Shown here piece by piece: positions 1-12,701 of a DNA stretch of 64,000 bases (the first letter of the stretch is position 1; each line of letters opens with the position of its first letter). Below the pieces are notes generated by a model, which made no database searches, was not told where the DNA came from, and saw nothing but the letters and a program-made list of their open reading frames with translations. A program made the position numbers and the translations under genes. The DNA comes from Octopus sinensis (lineage: Eukaryota). The stretch spans positions 434,001 through 498,000 of the forward strand of contig NC_043001.1 in NCBI RefSeq assembly GCF_006345805.1. The letters are read 5' to 3'.

Positions 1-3000
1 GACACACTAGTCAGATTGACTACATCCTCACCAGAAAAAGGTGAAGATGGCTGCTTATAAATGCCAAAACCTTCCCAGGTGAAGAATGTACCCCACAACA
101 AAGACTGGTAGTTAGCAATTTCAGGATCAGGGCTAAATGGATGCCTAGAAGACGACCAGAATGGAGGAGAAGGGTCTGGAAGCTTAAAGATCCTACGAAT
201 GGACAGAGATTTAGAGACATATTACTCAAAGCTTTTTGACAAAATAGAAGGGGATATAGCTTCATACAATGTAGAAGACAACTGGAGGTCTCTAAGGGAC
301 AACCTGCTGAGAGCCACTGACCAGATCTGTGGATGGTGCAAAGCCCCTTCTCGACCCAAAATAACATGGTGGTGGAACAATGTTGTAGACAGGGCTATTA
401 GAGAAAAGAGACAGGCTTGGAAGGACTGGGAAAATGGTGGTAGCAGGGAATTGTATCAGACTACCAAAAGAGAAGCTAGGAGACAGGTTTATTTAACCAG
501 AGGGGAAGCAGATAAGAAAAAATTTGCCGATGGTCTGTGCCGTGAGGACCAAAGACTTAAGGTATTCCGTGTTACAAGACAGTGTGTGAGAGAGAATCAT
601 GATGTGGTAGGAGAGAAATGTGTTTGCATGGATGATGGTTCACTTGCGCTAAATGAGGATGCAAAGAGAGAGGTTTGGAGACATCATTATGAGAGGCTGC
701 TAAATAAGGAAAATGAATGGGATAAAGAGAGTCTGCCGAATGTCGACCCAACAGAGGGACCAGCTATCCGAGTTGACAGTTCCTTAGTAGTTAAGGCAAT
801 TAGTAGCATGAAGACAGGGAAAGCCCCAGGCCCATCAGGAATTACTGCAGAGATGCTTAAAATATCTGGTAGTGTCGGCTATAGCCTAGTCACCCGTATA
901 GTTAACCAGGTGATACACGAAAGAGTCATACCCAATGACTGGTGTAGCAGCACAATAGTCAACTGCTACAAAGGTAAAGGTGATGCTTTAGATACAAATA
1001 ATTACAGAGGTATCAAGCTGTTGGATCAGGTGATGAAGGTTACGGAGAGGGTCATAGCCCAACTAATTAGAGAGAGAATCAGCTTGGATGAGATGCAGTT
1101 TGGTTTCAGGTAAAAGCACCACTGATGCCATATTTCTGGTGAGACAGCTGCAGGAGAAATACCTAGCCAAGTATAAGCCCCTGTACCTGGCTTTCGTTGA
1201 CATGGAGAAAGCCTTTGACAGGGTCCCCTGATCCCTTATTTGGTGGTCAATGAGGAAACTAAGGATAAATGAATGGTTAGTGAGAGCCGTGCAAGCCATG
1301 TACAGAGACGCTGTAAGTAAGGTGAGGGTTGGCAACGAGTACACTAAAGAATTCAAAGTAGAGGTAGGGGTCCACCAAGGTTCAGTCCTCAGCCCCCTCC
1401 TATTTATCATAGTCCTCCAGGCAATAACAGAGGAATTCAAGACAGGATGCCCCTGGGAGCTCCTCTATGCTGACGACCTTGCTCTAATTGCTGAGTCACT
1501 ATCAGAACTAGAAGAGAAGTTTCAGGTGTGGAAGCAAGGATTAGAATCGAAGAGCCTTAGAGTCAACCGAGCTAAAACCAAAGTCCTGATAAGTTGGAAG
1601 GCAGACAAACCAGAAATCCCTTCAGGTAGATGGCCCTGCTCGATCTGTAGAAAAGGCATAGGTAGAAACTCTATAAGATGTACCCAGTGTAAGCTATGGA
1701 GACATAAGAGGTGCAGTAATATCAAAAGAAGGCTAACTGGGAAGATAGTTTTTGTATGTGGCAGATGCTCTGGGGCAATAAACACTGAAAATGTGCTTCT
1801 GTCACATTTGAGGGAGAAAAACTGGAAGTAGTTGATAGCTTCCATTACCCAGGTGACCAATTCAGTAGTGGGGGAGGGTGCACTGAAAGTGTAGCTGCTA
1901 GAATAAGAATAGCTTGGGGAAAGTTTAGAGAGCTCATACATCCGCTGGTTACAAAAGGCCTCTCGCTCAGAGTAAAAGGTAGACTGTATGACGCATGTGT
2001 ATGAACAGCCATGCTACATGGCAGTGAAACATGGGCTGTGACTGGTGAGGACATGCGTAAGCTTGCAAGGAATGGAGCCAGTATTCTCCACTGGATGTGT
2101 AATGTCAGTGTTCATGCATGACAGAGTGTAAGCGCCCTGAGAGAAAAGTTAGACCTAAGAAGCATCAGATGTGGTGTGCAAGAGAGACAACTGTGCTGGT
2201 ATGGTCATGTGGCATGAATGGATGAGGATAACTGTGTGAAAAAGTGCCGCACTCTAGTGGTTGAGGGAACCTGTGGAAGAGGTAGCTCCGGGACTACCTG
2301 GGATGAGGTGGTGAAGCACAACCTTCAAACATTAAGCCTCACCGAGGCAATGACTAGTGACCGACACTTTTGGAAATATGCTGTGCTTGAGAAGACCTGG
2401 CAAGCCAAGTGAGACCATAACCTCGTGGCCTATGCCAGGGGTGTAACCAGCCCACTTGTGCGTACCTTTCCTTCATTGGACACTAAACTCTGCTTGCGAA
2501 GACCTGTTGAGGCAAGTGAAATGGAAATCGAAATCAAATTCAATGGCTGGCATCCATGCTAGTGGACCACTGAGCACCATCTGAGTGTGATTGCTGCCAG
2601 AGCAGCTGACTGGCTTCCATGCCAGGGGCACAAAAAAAGCACCATTTGAGCATGATTGCTACAAGTGTTGCCTTACTGGCACTTATGCTGGCGGCACAAG
2701 AAAAAATATTCAAGCGAGGTCATTGCCAGTGCCACTGGACTAGCTCCTGTGCAAGTGGCACGTAAAAAACACCATTTGAGTGTGGCCATTGCCAGTACCG
2801 CCTGACTGGCCCTCAAGCCAGTGGAATGTAAAAGCACCCACTACACACTCGGAGTGGTTGACGTTAGGAAGGGCATCCAGCTGTAGAAACTCTGCCAGAT
2901 CAGATTGGAGCCTGGTGCAGCCATCTGCTTTGCCAGTCCTCAGTCAAATCATCTGACCCATGCTAGCATGAAAAACGGACGTTAAACGATGATGATGATG

Positions 3001-3012
3001 ATGATGATGATG
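1..3012 (+). mobile_element. RTE-clade non-LTR retrotransposon (LINE) copy 1; 5' end cut by the window; includes 3' UTR and (GAT)n tail
   Basis: APE C-terminus (SQIDYIL, from nt 3), then RT motifs across frameshifts: GKAPGPSGIT, NYRGIKLL, QFGF, FVDMEKAFDRV, VHQGSVLSPLLF, YADD (1466-1477), and RTE-type C-terminus HGSETW...CWYGHV. ORF ends at 2412; (GAT)n ends at 3012. Confidence 0.93.
3..2412 (+). pseudogene. Disrupted ORF2 (APE-RT-PHD-like finger) of RTE copy 1
   Basis: Frameshifts near 235, 1108 and 1800; in-frame TGA stops at 1228-1230 and 2002-2004 among others. Track ORFs 199-1113, 1250-1831 and 2218-2412 are pieces of one ancestral frame. Confidence 0.9.
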
Positions 3013-3450
3013 TTTAATGTCAACATTCATGTTGAATTATGCAGCAATCTTATGCTCTCTTCATAGAACACTTGTAATGTATATATTACGAGTTCTTTTG
3101 GTATAATAGATTTTTGTTATTCTTGTTTATGTCTCCTCACAGACGTGTATAGTCTAACAAGTCACTTCTTAACTTTTTCCCCTCTCTTGTTCAATAAACA
3201 CTGATTTAAACTTGCAAAGCTTTCAATTTTTAATGTTTATTTTAGCAGGTTACCAAACTATCAGTTTGATTTCCTGGCTAAAACAGTAATGACAAATTTT
3301 AAAGTTTGCTTGACATTTTATAAGTGTGAAAAGGATTAAAATTTCGATCCTCCGTATCAAAGGAGTATTGAAATTTATTGAAGTAAATGGCACACTTATA
3401 TATAAATGGTATTCTAATATTGGAAATTTATTCAGTCTTATTTCTTTACT

Positions 3451-3645
3451 GCCCACAAGGGGCTAAACAAGGACAGACAGAGGGATTAATTCGATTACAT
3501 TGACCCCAGTGCGTAACTGGTACTTAATTTATCGACCCTGAAAGGATGAAAGGCAAAGTCGACCTCAGCAGAATTTGAACTCAGAACGTAATAGCAGATG
3601 GAAAACCGCCGGTGTGCTAACGTTTCTGCCAGCTCACCGTCTTAA
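3451..3645 (-). mobile_element. tRNA-derived SINE, family B (head GAGTTCAAATTC plus central GCCTTTCATCCTTTCGGGGTCGATAAA)
   Basis: Reverse complement has a pol III B-box (gagttcaaattc) and the same central block as copies at about 41880, 49470, 50640 and 60950. Confidence 0.75.
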
Positions 3646-6216
3646 TTTATTCAGTCTTTTATGGCATAAAATATAATGCATAAATTTTACACTCTGATTC
3701 AATATAAAAATATGAAGGAAACTATAAAATTAAATAATATTAAACATTGCATGCACTAATTTGAGAGAGAAACAGAGAAAAGAAGCTCATAGAATGCTTC
3801 TCATTTTTGTTTCAAATTGGTGCTTATAATGTCTAATATATTTATACTGGAAATCTTAGCAATATTTTTCATACAAATTAAAAACTCTTTCATAATATAA
3901 AATTATCTTACATGAAAAGCTTTGTGTATTGACATAATATGCTATGTAAGTGTAAGATATTGTGATTTTGTATGAAAATGAAATATTGTATAAAAGTTGA
4001 GATAAGATTTGATGCCAACACAATGTATAAGGTGAAACAGTGCTATTAAATGGCATATTGTGCAAAGGTGAGATATTCACAAAGGTGAAATCTAGCATAA
4101 AAGTGAGGTATTCCATAATTGTAAGCTATTAAAGTGGTATGTATGGAAGATGACATATTGTGTGAAAGTGAGAGACTGTACATACATGGAACATATAATA
4201 AAGATAGTTAGTTTCATTTGATTTCTTACCTCAGATTTATAAGATGAACATTACAGATTGCATAAATGGGAATGACATGTATGTCATCTGTGGCATGTAT
4301 TTTAGAAGTATTTTACAGTTATCTTTACAAGATAAATCACATTTGCTTAAATGGTGCTGTCACTATCATTTTCTATTTTACATTTGTTTTACCATGTTTG
4401 CCTGAGTTAGGCATGCTGCATGGTTGGGACTTTGGATATTTAAATGTCTAAAATAAAAATACTTTACAGCTAGATATCATTCCCAAAGCTAACAAAGTAG
4501 GTAAGTTGAAGCAAGAATTTTACATTATTATCCTAATAATTCTGTGAAAGTTCTGTTTTTATAATTTGAAACAAATGAAATATAAATTTTGACAAGGAGG
4601 GAATGGAAACATATCATAGAAGACATTTCTAGAAAGTCTGATTCCTATTGCCCACCAACATCCTGGAAGATGTATTCTATGTATTCTATGTAGAGATCAA
4701 GTAAAACATTCTCCATATATTTAAAGAGAACATGTATGAGCAAGAAATGTGTCTCGTGCACTCACATTAATTCACATAAGTAGGTATCAATTGAACGACT
4801 CTTACTTCATTGGCTCTGTACCTTGGCAAAAAGGAATTGCTATTTATAGAGACCAAACTGTTGTATAAATACATTTGACTGAAACATTGGAATATTCAAA
4901 ATTAGCAAGATAATGCTATCTATCCTTATTGTAAAATTGTAAGAAACACTTGGAAAATTGAAAAAATTCCATCCAAATCATTACCATCATCATTTAGCAT
5001 CTGTTTTCTAAGCTGGCATAGAATTAATGTTTTGCTCAAAGTGTAATCAAAAACAGTTGAGAAGAATTCTAGACTTCTGACTCTCTATCTCAAGTGCTCG
5101 TACCATAAGATATATAGACTTATCTCCCTGTGTAAATAGATGTCCCAAGCGACATATCTGGCTATTTATTGAAGCAATCAAAACTTAAAATGTATATATT
5201 TTTTGAAGGAACAAATACTTACACACACACACATGCATACAGACACACACACACACACAAGCTTGGAGTTAATGTTGTACCTTAGTTAATAAAAATATAA
5301 ATTCTCTGCTTTATGTATTATGTTCTGTTCCTCCTATTTATAAAAACCAAACTTAAATAGAATCAACATGAACTGATTACATTTAATGTTAATGTTTTGT
5401 TATTGATGTGTTTCTTACATTTGTTTCTTACAGATTTATGAAGCATTAAAATTTTAGAAGCTGATGGCCATCAGATTGTGATATTGTTAATGTATTCCTC
5501 AAGAAAATATGCTATTTAAAGTGAAGTGGGATTTGCAAAAATATTAATACAAAAAACAGAGAGAGAAAAGTCTACGTAGAAAATTGTCATTTTTGATATG
5601 ATACATTTCATATTTTACTTTTCAAAATTGAATAGATTAATATAGTATATAAATGTAGCCTGTATTTAATTGTTTGTCTTATAAATTTGTCAAGGGAAGA
5701 AGTGCAATGCACCTGACCTTTGGAAACCCTCTACAGATTGGGGAGATTACTGTGGCTGATACCTAGGCTGAACATTTTGGGTCAATGTTTGCAATAAAAG
5801 AAAAGAAAAATTCATGGGCAGCCAAGAAAAGCTGAGAGTCTGATCCAGGTACTTTTCAGAAGTGAATTAATTTAAAGACACTTATGGATGAAATAGTGGT
5901 GTTAGAATAGAGGAAAGGTTCCACTAAAACTATTAATCCCTTCTTATTGGAAGCAGCAAGCAACATGGGAAAAATGATGATGATGATGATGACGACTGTC
6001 ACTATCCTGGTTCAGGAAATGCTAATGTTGAGTTTAAAGAGGAGAAGGCATTTCAGTAGTAATGTAGGTTTAGGGGAATAAGAATTATGAACATAATTGT
6101 GTGTGGTTTCTGGAAGGTAAAATTAGGCAAATAGAATTGACTGAATACACATGTTGAAGTAGTTATAATATAGGCTGGTGCTAATGATTATTGAATAAGA
6201 GACAATATATTAGTGT

Positions 6217-6338
<122 letters not shown>

Positions 6339-7399
6339 TATTTATGAGACAAATTGGTTTCTTTTGAACTTAGCTATGTCTGTTAGAAACTGAAGTTTTG
6401 ACCATTATGTATATTTTTCATAATGGAGGAGAATTTTCCCCAACTGACCATTGTAGACTATAACAGCTTGTTTATGTAGCAGAAGATAATGTTTCCTCAT
6501 CTGTTTCATCTACTGTTACAGTTTTAAGTAATTATGGCATAGAGTTGTTTCTTATGTATTGGAGCTCCTCAGATGTGACCGGGAACTAGTTGTAACAAAG
6601 GGTAATCCTATTTGCTTAAGCTCAAACTTTATAGGTGTTGCTCCAACTAATTTTTACCCCATACAAATGTATAAAAAAAAGGCAGTAACGTTTTCAGTAT
6701 ATCTTTATACCCTCCACCACCATCACTACCACACACATGAAATTCCTTTATATTGGAATTGATGAAGAAAAAAAATTGGTAATGAAAAATTCATTATATT
6801 GAAATAACCAAACAGATCATCGATGTTTAATTCTGAGGATGTCAAATACCCACCTCCTCACATTTTTTGAAAACATTTCTATGGATTTCTGTTTTCAACA
6901 ATGGAGATTATGACTTTGCCCAGATAACAACTTTGCAGAATTTTAATTTACCCCCAACACCAGTATTTTGTTTTTCAAATTTTTAAAACATTTCTTTTCA
7001 TATTCTATATTGGGAAAAAAGAAAATTACAATTCTGTAAACAAAAAGATTTTTTCTGAAATTTCAGTATTTTCTGAAATGCTATCTCCCCCTCTCATCTT
7101 TCAGAATACCCACACCACTCAAACCCTATATCAATGATCTGCATGTTTTTAAACTTGTCCACTCATTTGGGCATACATGGATATGTGTTAAACTAGGAGA
7201 TAAAGTGAGGGGGGGAGGCCTCAATGTAGTCACTTTTACATGCTAGCAATGACTGCCAAATCTCTGGAAAATACTGTTTTACAAAATTAAAAAATTTTAA
7301 ATCACTCTTCCTCTGATTGTTGGAATGAAGATAAGTGTAAGAGTGAATGAAGAACTTGGTGTTTTCACACCATTCTTATGCAAGTCAGCAAACCTGTAA

Positions 7400-8990
7400 G
7401 TTCTCTACCACTACAGATGTAAAATGGAAGGCAGTAACAATTGATTACATAGACATCAAAGAAAATGTAATGCCAGCCACAGATTGAATAGATGCAAACT
7501 CAGCTGCTGGCCCCAATGGATTCCCAACAGTCTTCAAACCATGTAAATGCAGCCTTGAACAACCACTGCAGCTCCTTTTTCAGAGCTTCCTTGCAAGTGG
7601 TAAGCTCACAGGTAAATTGAAAGAGGGAATAATTTGCCCTGTCTATAAAGGACAAAGCAGAGCAGTTGCTAAAATCTATAAGGTCTCTCTCTCTCTCTCT
7701 GACCTCACACATCAGCAAAGTCATCGAGCAAATTGTCTGAAGGGAATTAATTGCATTCATTGAAGAAAATGATTTGCTGATTGACACCCAGCATGGTTTT
7801 CAACCAGGTAGAAGGTACGTGACACACCTCTTACAGCATTATGACAGCATTATGAAAGAAGCTGCTCAACAAGTCAAATGTGGATATCATTGATCCTGAC
7901 TTTGCAAAAGCCTTTGATAAAGTCATCTATGGTATGATATGTCATAAGTTGCATGATCTTGGCTTAGAAAACTTTGAGAGTGGCTACATAACTTTTTAAG
8001 AATTAGAAGTCAGGCAGTAGTGACCAATGGATTCACCTCTAAGGTAACACAGGGAGTGATGTTCCACAGGGCACTGTCTTAGGGTCACTGCTATTCATAG
8101 TGGCTCTCACAGACATGCCCTCAGCTGCTCACCTTTGCTAATTGTGCAGATGATACAAAACCCTGGGAATGTTGAGCTCCTGCAACAGAAGTTGGACGTA
8201 ATACACAGGTAAGCTGAGGATGATAACATGTAGTTTAATGCCGGAAAATTCCAAACCCTGTGCTGCTAGTACATGAAGCTGAATGAAATGCAGACAAGAT
8301 ACATTCGTCCAGCAGGGATACTAATTGCTGGATCGAAATCAATGTGTGACCTGGGCATTGACATGAGTAATGATGCATCTTTCCAGATGCATATTAGTAA
8401 ATTGGAAATAAAATGCAGGTGGATGGCCAGATGGATCCTTAGAACTTTCAGAATGAGAGAACAGGAAACCCTGATGGCCCTCTTGAGGACATTTGTCCTC
8501 AACCACTTAAACTACTACTCACAACTATGGTCACCACACTGTAAAATTAACAGTGGAACTTGAAGCAATTCAGCAAAGCTACACAAAGAAGATTGTCTCA
8601 ATTCGACATATCAATAACTGGGAAAGGCTGAAAAAGTTTGGACTACTCACTAGAATGAAGATGAGAAAGATATGCAGTGATATACATCTGGTAAATTCTG
8701 GATTGATATATGCCAAACCTTAACATTGAAAGTTACACAAACAGCAAAATGGAGTGCTACTGCATAGTGCCAAATATCCTAATACTACTATTGGGATACT
8801 GGACCAGATACTACAACAGCTTGGATTTCAAGGGCCCACAGCTTTTCCATATCCTCCAAAAAAGCCTGAGAGACCTACATGGGGTGGATGTAGGTGTCAT
8901 CAAAACAAAATAATCTCCTTCTGTCAAGAATTCCAGGTGAAACTACTTTGTGGTAGGAAGTATAGATGAGGGTAGCAACATCAAAACTCC
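7400..8990 (+). mobile_element. Old, heavily degenerate CR1/L2-group LINE (RT and C-terminus)
   Basis: Translatable motifs SAAGPNG (~7500), QHGFQPGR (~7790), DFAKAFDKV (7898), PQGTVLGSLLF (8064), CADD, and HLNYYSQLWSP...LEAIQ...WERLKKFGL; many stops and frameshifts. Confidence 0.8.
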
Positions 8991-9554
8991 CTCATTCATG
9001 AAATGTCACTCAAAGGAGGTCCCAAGAAATGAAAATGAGCTGAAACTAGTAGAAGATAAAAGATAATAAAAATTTGGGATGTGGTGGATTGATTAAAAAT
9101 TTTGGGAAGTTTTTCGTGCAAACTCATAATCTCTGTTACTGAAAACATAGGAACCTAGAGAAATATTTATAAAAAATAAAAAGGAAAAGTGGTGGATATG
9201 TGTATTTGATATATCTACCTTTTATACCTTACATATTCATTAAAAATATGCAAATTGCTTTGTTCATAGTCAGTGGTGGGCATGATACTGCTAATTCGTT
9301 AACAGCTAATTCGTTAACAGCTAATTAGCAAAGATAACTTTTTAGTTAGGTGTGCCTACCACTGATCATAGTAGAAGGAAATTTTCAAATTTTCCATCTG
9401 TGGCCATTAGTAAAAATAAAAGCATTCCAACCATGACTATCCCATGTATCTATTGGAATAAGGATTTTTCTGTCTAATTTTCCAGTAGTAACCTTCCTAT
9501 CTTTTTTGTGACAGATTCAGTTTTTTTTTCCACATTAGTTCCTTTCCAGGGTTT

Positions 9555-9822
9555 CATCATTCTTGAAAGAGGAACCCCTCCTTGAACTCCTTCTACTACT
9601 GTCTATCACTGGCCAGTTGTGGCCATATAGCTCCCAGGTAGTGGGTGAGATCATCTCACTATCTTGTCTTTGGTCAGCTTCTTAATCTTGTCCATTGTCC
9701 TAGTCTCACTGATTGTCCACCTGTTGCCTTTCTATCACAAAATAGGGCAAGCCCATCTATATTTGTTCTCCTTGATGGTCCTTATGATGTCATTGACTCT
9801 TGTGTGCTTTCGTATCCAAATA
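9555..9822 (-). mobile_element. 3' fragment of a classic RTE LINE, a different family from copies 1 and 2
   Basis: Minus strand reads WIRKHTRVNDIIRTIKENKYRWACPIL**KGNRWT, which matches the RTE C-terminal pattern WIR..T.V.DII..IK..KWRWAGH....DNRWT. Confidence 0.65.
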
Positions 9823-12701
9823 TTAATTTTCTGTCCCACATTAATAAGAATAAAAATTTCAACTGTGATCATCCTGTCTGTTTTTCAAATTATTATTTCA
9901 ATTCAATGGTGATAATAGAGACAAAATCAATAAGAGACCAAATATGAATCAAAATTAAAGCTAATAGAATTTATGAAGAGTTCCCTAAAAGCTATTGTAT
10001 TTAACTATATTTAGTCCTTCAATTTGGCATTTTGTGAAGTACCTGATAGCTCTCTATCTAATACCTAGTTAATGGGACCATTTGAATTTGTATATTTTTA
10101 GTGCATGAACACAGAGCAAATTAAATTGAAATGATTTGTTTTGATTTGATTTTGTGAAATTTCTATTTTTGATTGTAAATTAGAAAAACTATCAAATGAA
10201 CACACATAAACACCTTTCTATTTTGTGCCTGCATCTGACACATCTGCATGTTAGTATGGTGTCTGACCACTTAATAATGCCATTGTCCCTGCTCTAGCTG
10301 ATATATGTGTGTGTGTGTGTGTGCGCATGTATGTATGTAAGCATGCATAGATGGATGGATGGATGGTTAATATGCATACCTGACTTGACAAAACTGTTAT
10401 CTAAAAAGTATTTGTTTTTCAGTGTAGTGCTTGGGAGTTTAATTTTGCTTCATTGTACTTAGGTATATGTTGTAATGAATGTTGTTTTAATGGGACTCAT
10501 TTACCTTTGTTCCAGTAGCATTATTGCTGGGAATTGAAAAAAAATAAATGGTTATAGTGAAAAATTCATTATATTGATATTTATTATAATGGAATTTCAC
10601 TTGTGTATTTGTGTGTATATGTATGTAATTTTCTTCCAATTATAAAGTGTACATTTCTCAAATAAGACTTCATTTTAATATATACATAAAAAATGTAAAT
10701 ATTTTCTTGCTATTTCAGTTGAAGATGAGATTTATTATTGTTTGAAATATATCTACTGCTACGTTTCCATGCCAGTTCTGCATAGTCAGATATATTTCAT
10801 AAATTGCTAGCGCAAAATACTTTACAGCTGAATGCCTTTCCTAATTCCTTTCACTAAATTCATTTGATAACTATTCCTGTTATTATGGAAACCCATGGGA
10901 ATCTGAAGCTGTTTGCAAAATATATTCCGAGAAAATACTCACAAAAGATACTGAAAAAAACTTGTGACAGTGAAAACTACCCAAGAGAGCATGTCAAAAT
11001 ATCTGTAGCATAATCCTGAGAATGGCATATTAAAAAAATGTAATGTAAAACAAATTCAAATAACTTGGGTACATTCTTTTACATAACTCCCACAAGAATG
11101 CTTTTTGATTATCTGAGCCAATGCGAAAATGAATAGAAGGAAGCTTAGATAAAATACTCCTTGGCAGAAGAATGAATTTCCCCAAATCAACTTTTGTTTG
11201 TTCAGTTCCACATGTAGCAACTAAAAGTAAATCTAAAAAATACAAAATGTGTTTGCAAGTACTTTGTGAAGAAAAACCATAAATGGGAAATTCCAGTGGG
11301 GAAAATATTTCTTCCAAGATTAACACATATTTTAAGACTCATCACTTGAAAAAAAGGTAAAAAAAAAAGCTTAATTGTATAAGTAAAAAAATTCAGAAAA
11401 ATCACCAAACTAGAATATTATCTGTCCCAACAATATATGAAACATTTGTCTAAGACATTTTAAGACAAGCAATGTTATTCTTTTTAAAAGTGAATATTTC
11501 TCATTCAAAGAAGGTTCTCTTTGTTTTGAAGAATTTTTAAAAGCATATTTTCAAGGATTTTGCTGATATAAAAGCAAAATTCTCTTCACTTACAATGTTC
11601 AATATCTGATGTTTGAAATCTATTTTGTGAATCATATTTTCTCTACTTCCAGATGTCAGGTCAATCTTGATCCATCTGATCAAAGGAATCTCAGCCATGA
11701 CTGTCCTGTCTTTTTGTATATTTTGTATATCCGAAACTACATTGTATTCTTTTTTTAAAAGGTATAAGGTTTGATTTGGATGTTATTTCTTGTAGGACAA
11801 TGACCACACAGAAAAGCTCCCTCAATAGGGAACAAATGTTTGTCCAAAAGTTTCCCAACATTCAGTTAGTTTAGTTGAGGACTTAGAACTGTGTCTTGTC
11901 TAAGACTGAGTGAGGAAGAAGAGAAATGAGTATTGCACAAAACAAAGTGCCACAGTATGATCGTTACAATAGAAATTATCATGAAGTTGGCATAAAGTTG
12001 CCTATTATCATAACTCACTTGTCATTGGATACTTAAACAAAGGTAGATTCACTGGAAAAATAAAATGAACCTAAGGAAAAAAAAGAGTTGATGTTTAACA
12101 CCATTTCTTTTTAAAGATTAATATCTAAAAAGAAAAAACAATGCACAAATTTGAAAATGGCAATAATTTCTAAAACATTTTATGGTTTTATAGAAACTGT
12201 TGATTAGAAATATATTCAACAAATGTATGCTTAATTGAATCTTGTATGGAAGATACAATATCATAATTATTCATTCAGTAAAGAGTCTACTTTATTTACA
12301 CACTATCATCGACAGGAGTATGTAGACCAGGGATGATCAGACAGCACAAAATTTCTTGTATTACATCATTACATTTTATTCTTGGCTTCAAGTTTCCTTG
12401 TAACCATACTTAATTTTGTCTTTTATTCCACTAGAGTTGATAAAATAATTTTCAGTAATAATATACGAGTATAGATTCAGTTAACTTATACAAAACCCTT
12501 TACAATGATCATTATCATCCGCACCCTACTTTTCCTTGTTCACTCTTTCCACTTTACAAGTCTAGAGCTACATTCTTATAGAGAATTGTATCTTAAAAAA
12601 GAAAATATTGTTCAAGCCTCATATTGTATAAAGTTCCTTGTGAGAAGCTTGGAAATAACTTTCACTGAATTCCTTTATAAATATGAAATTGTACAGTTAT
12701 T

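Noticed and set aside
3240-5520. Candidate host exons (polypyrimidine-AG at about 3249 and 5432, GTAAG at about 4501)
   Set aside because: Such signals are expected by chance in AT-rich DNA and no open, protein-like exon frame follows.
9288-9326. 17-bp tandem duplication GCTAATTCGTTAACA
   Set aside because: Real, but an ordinary local slippage event with no further structure.
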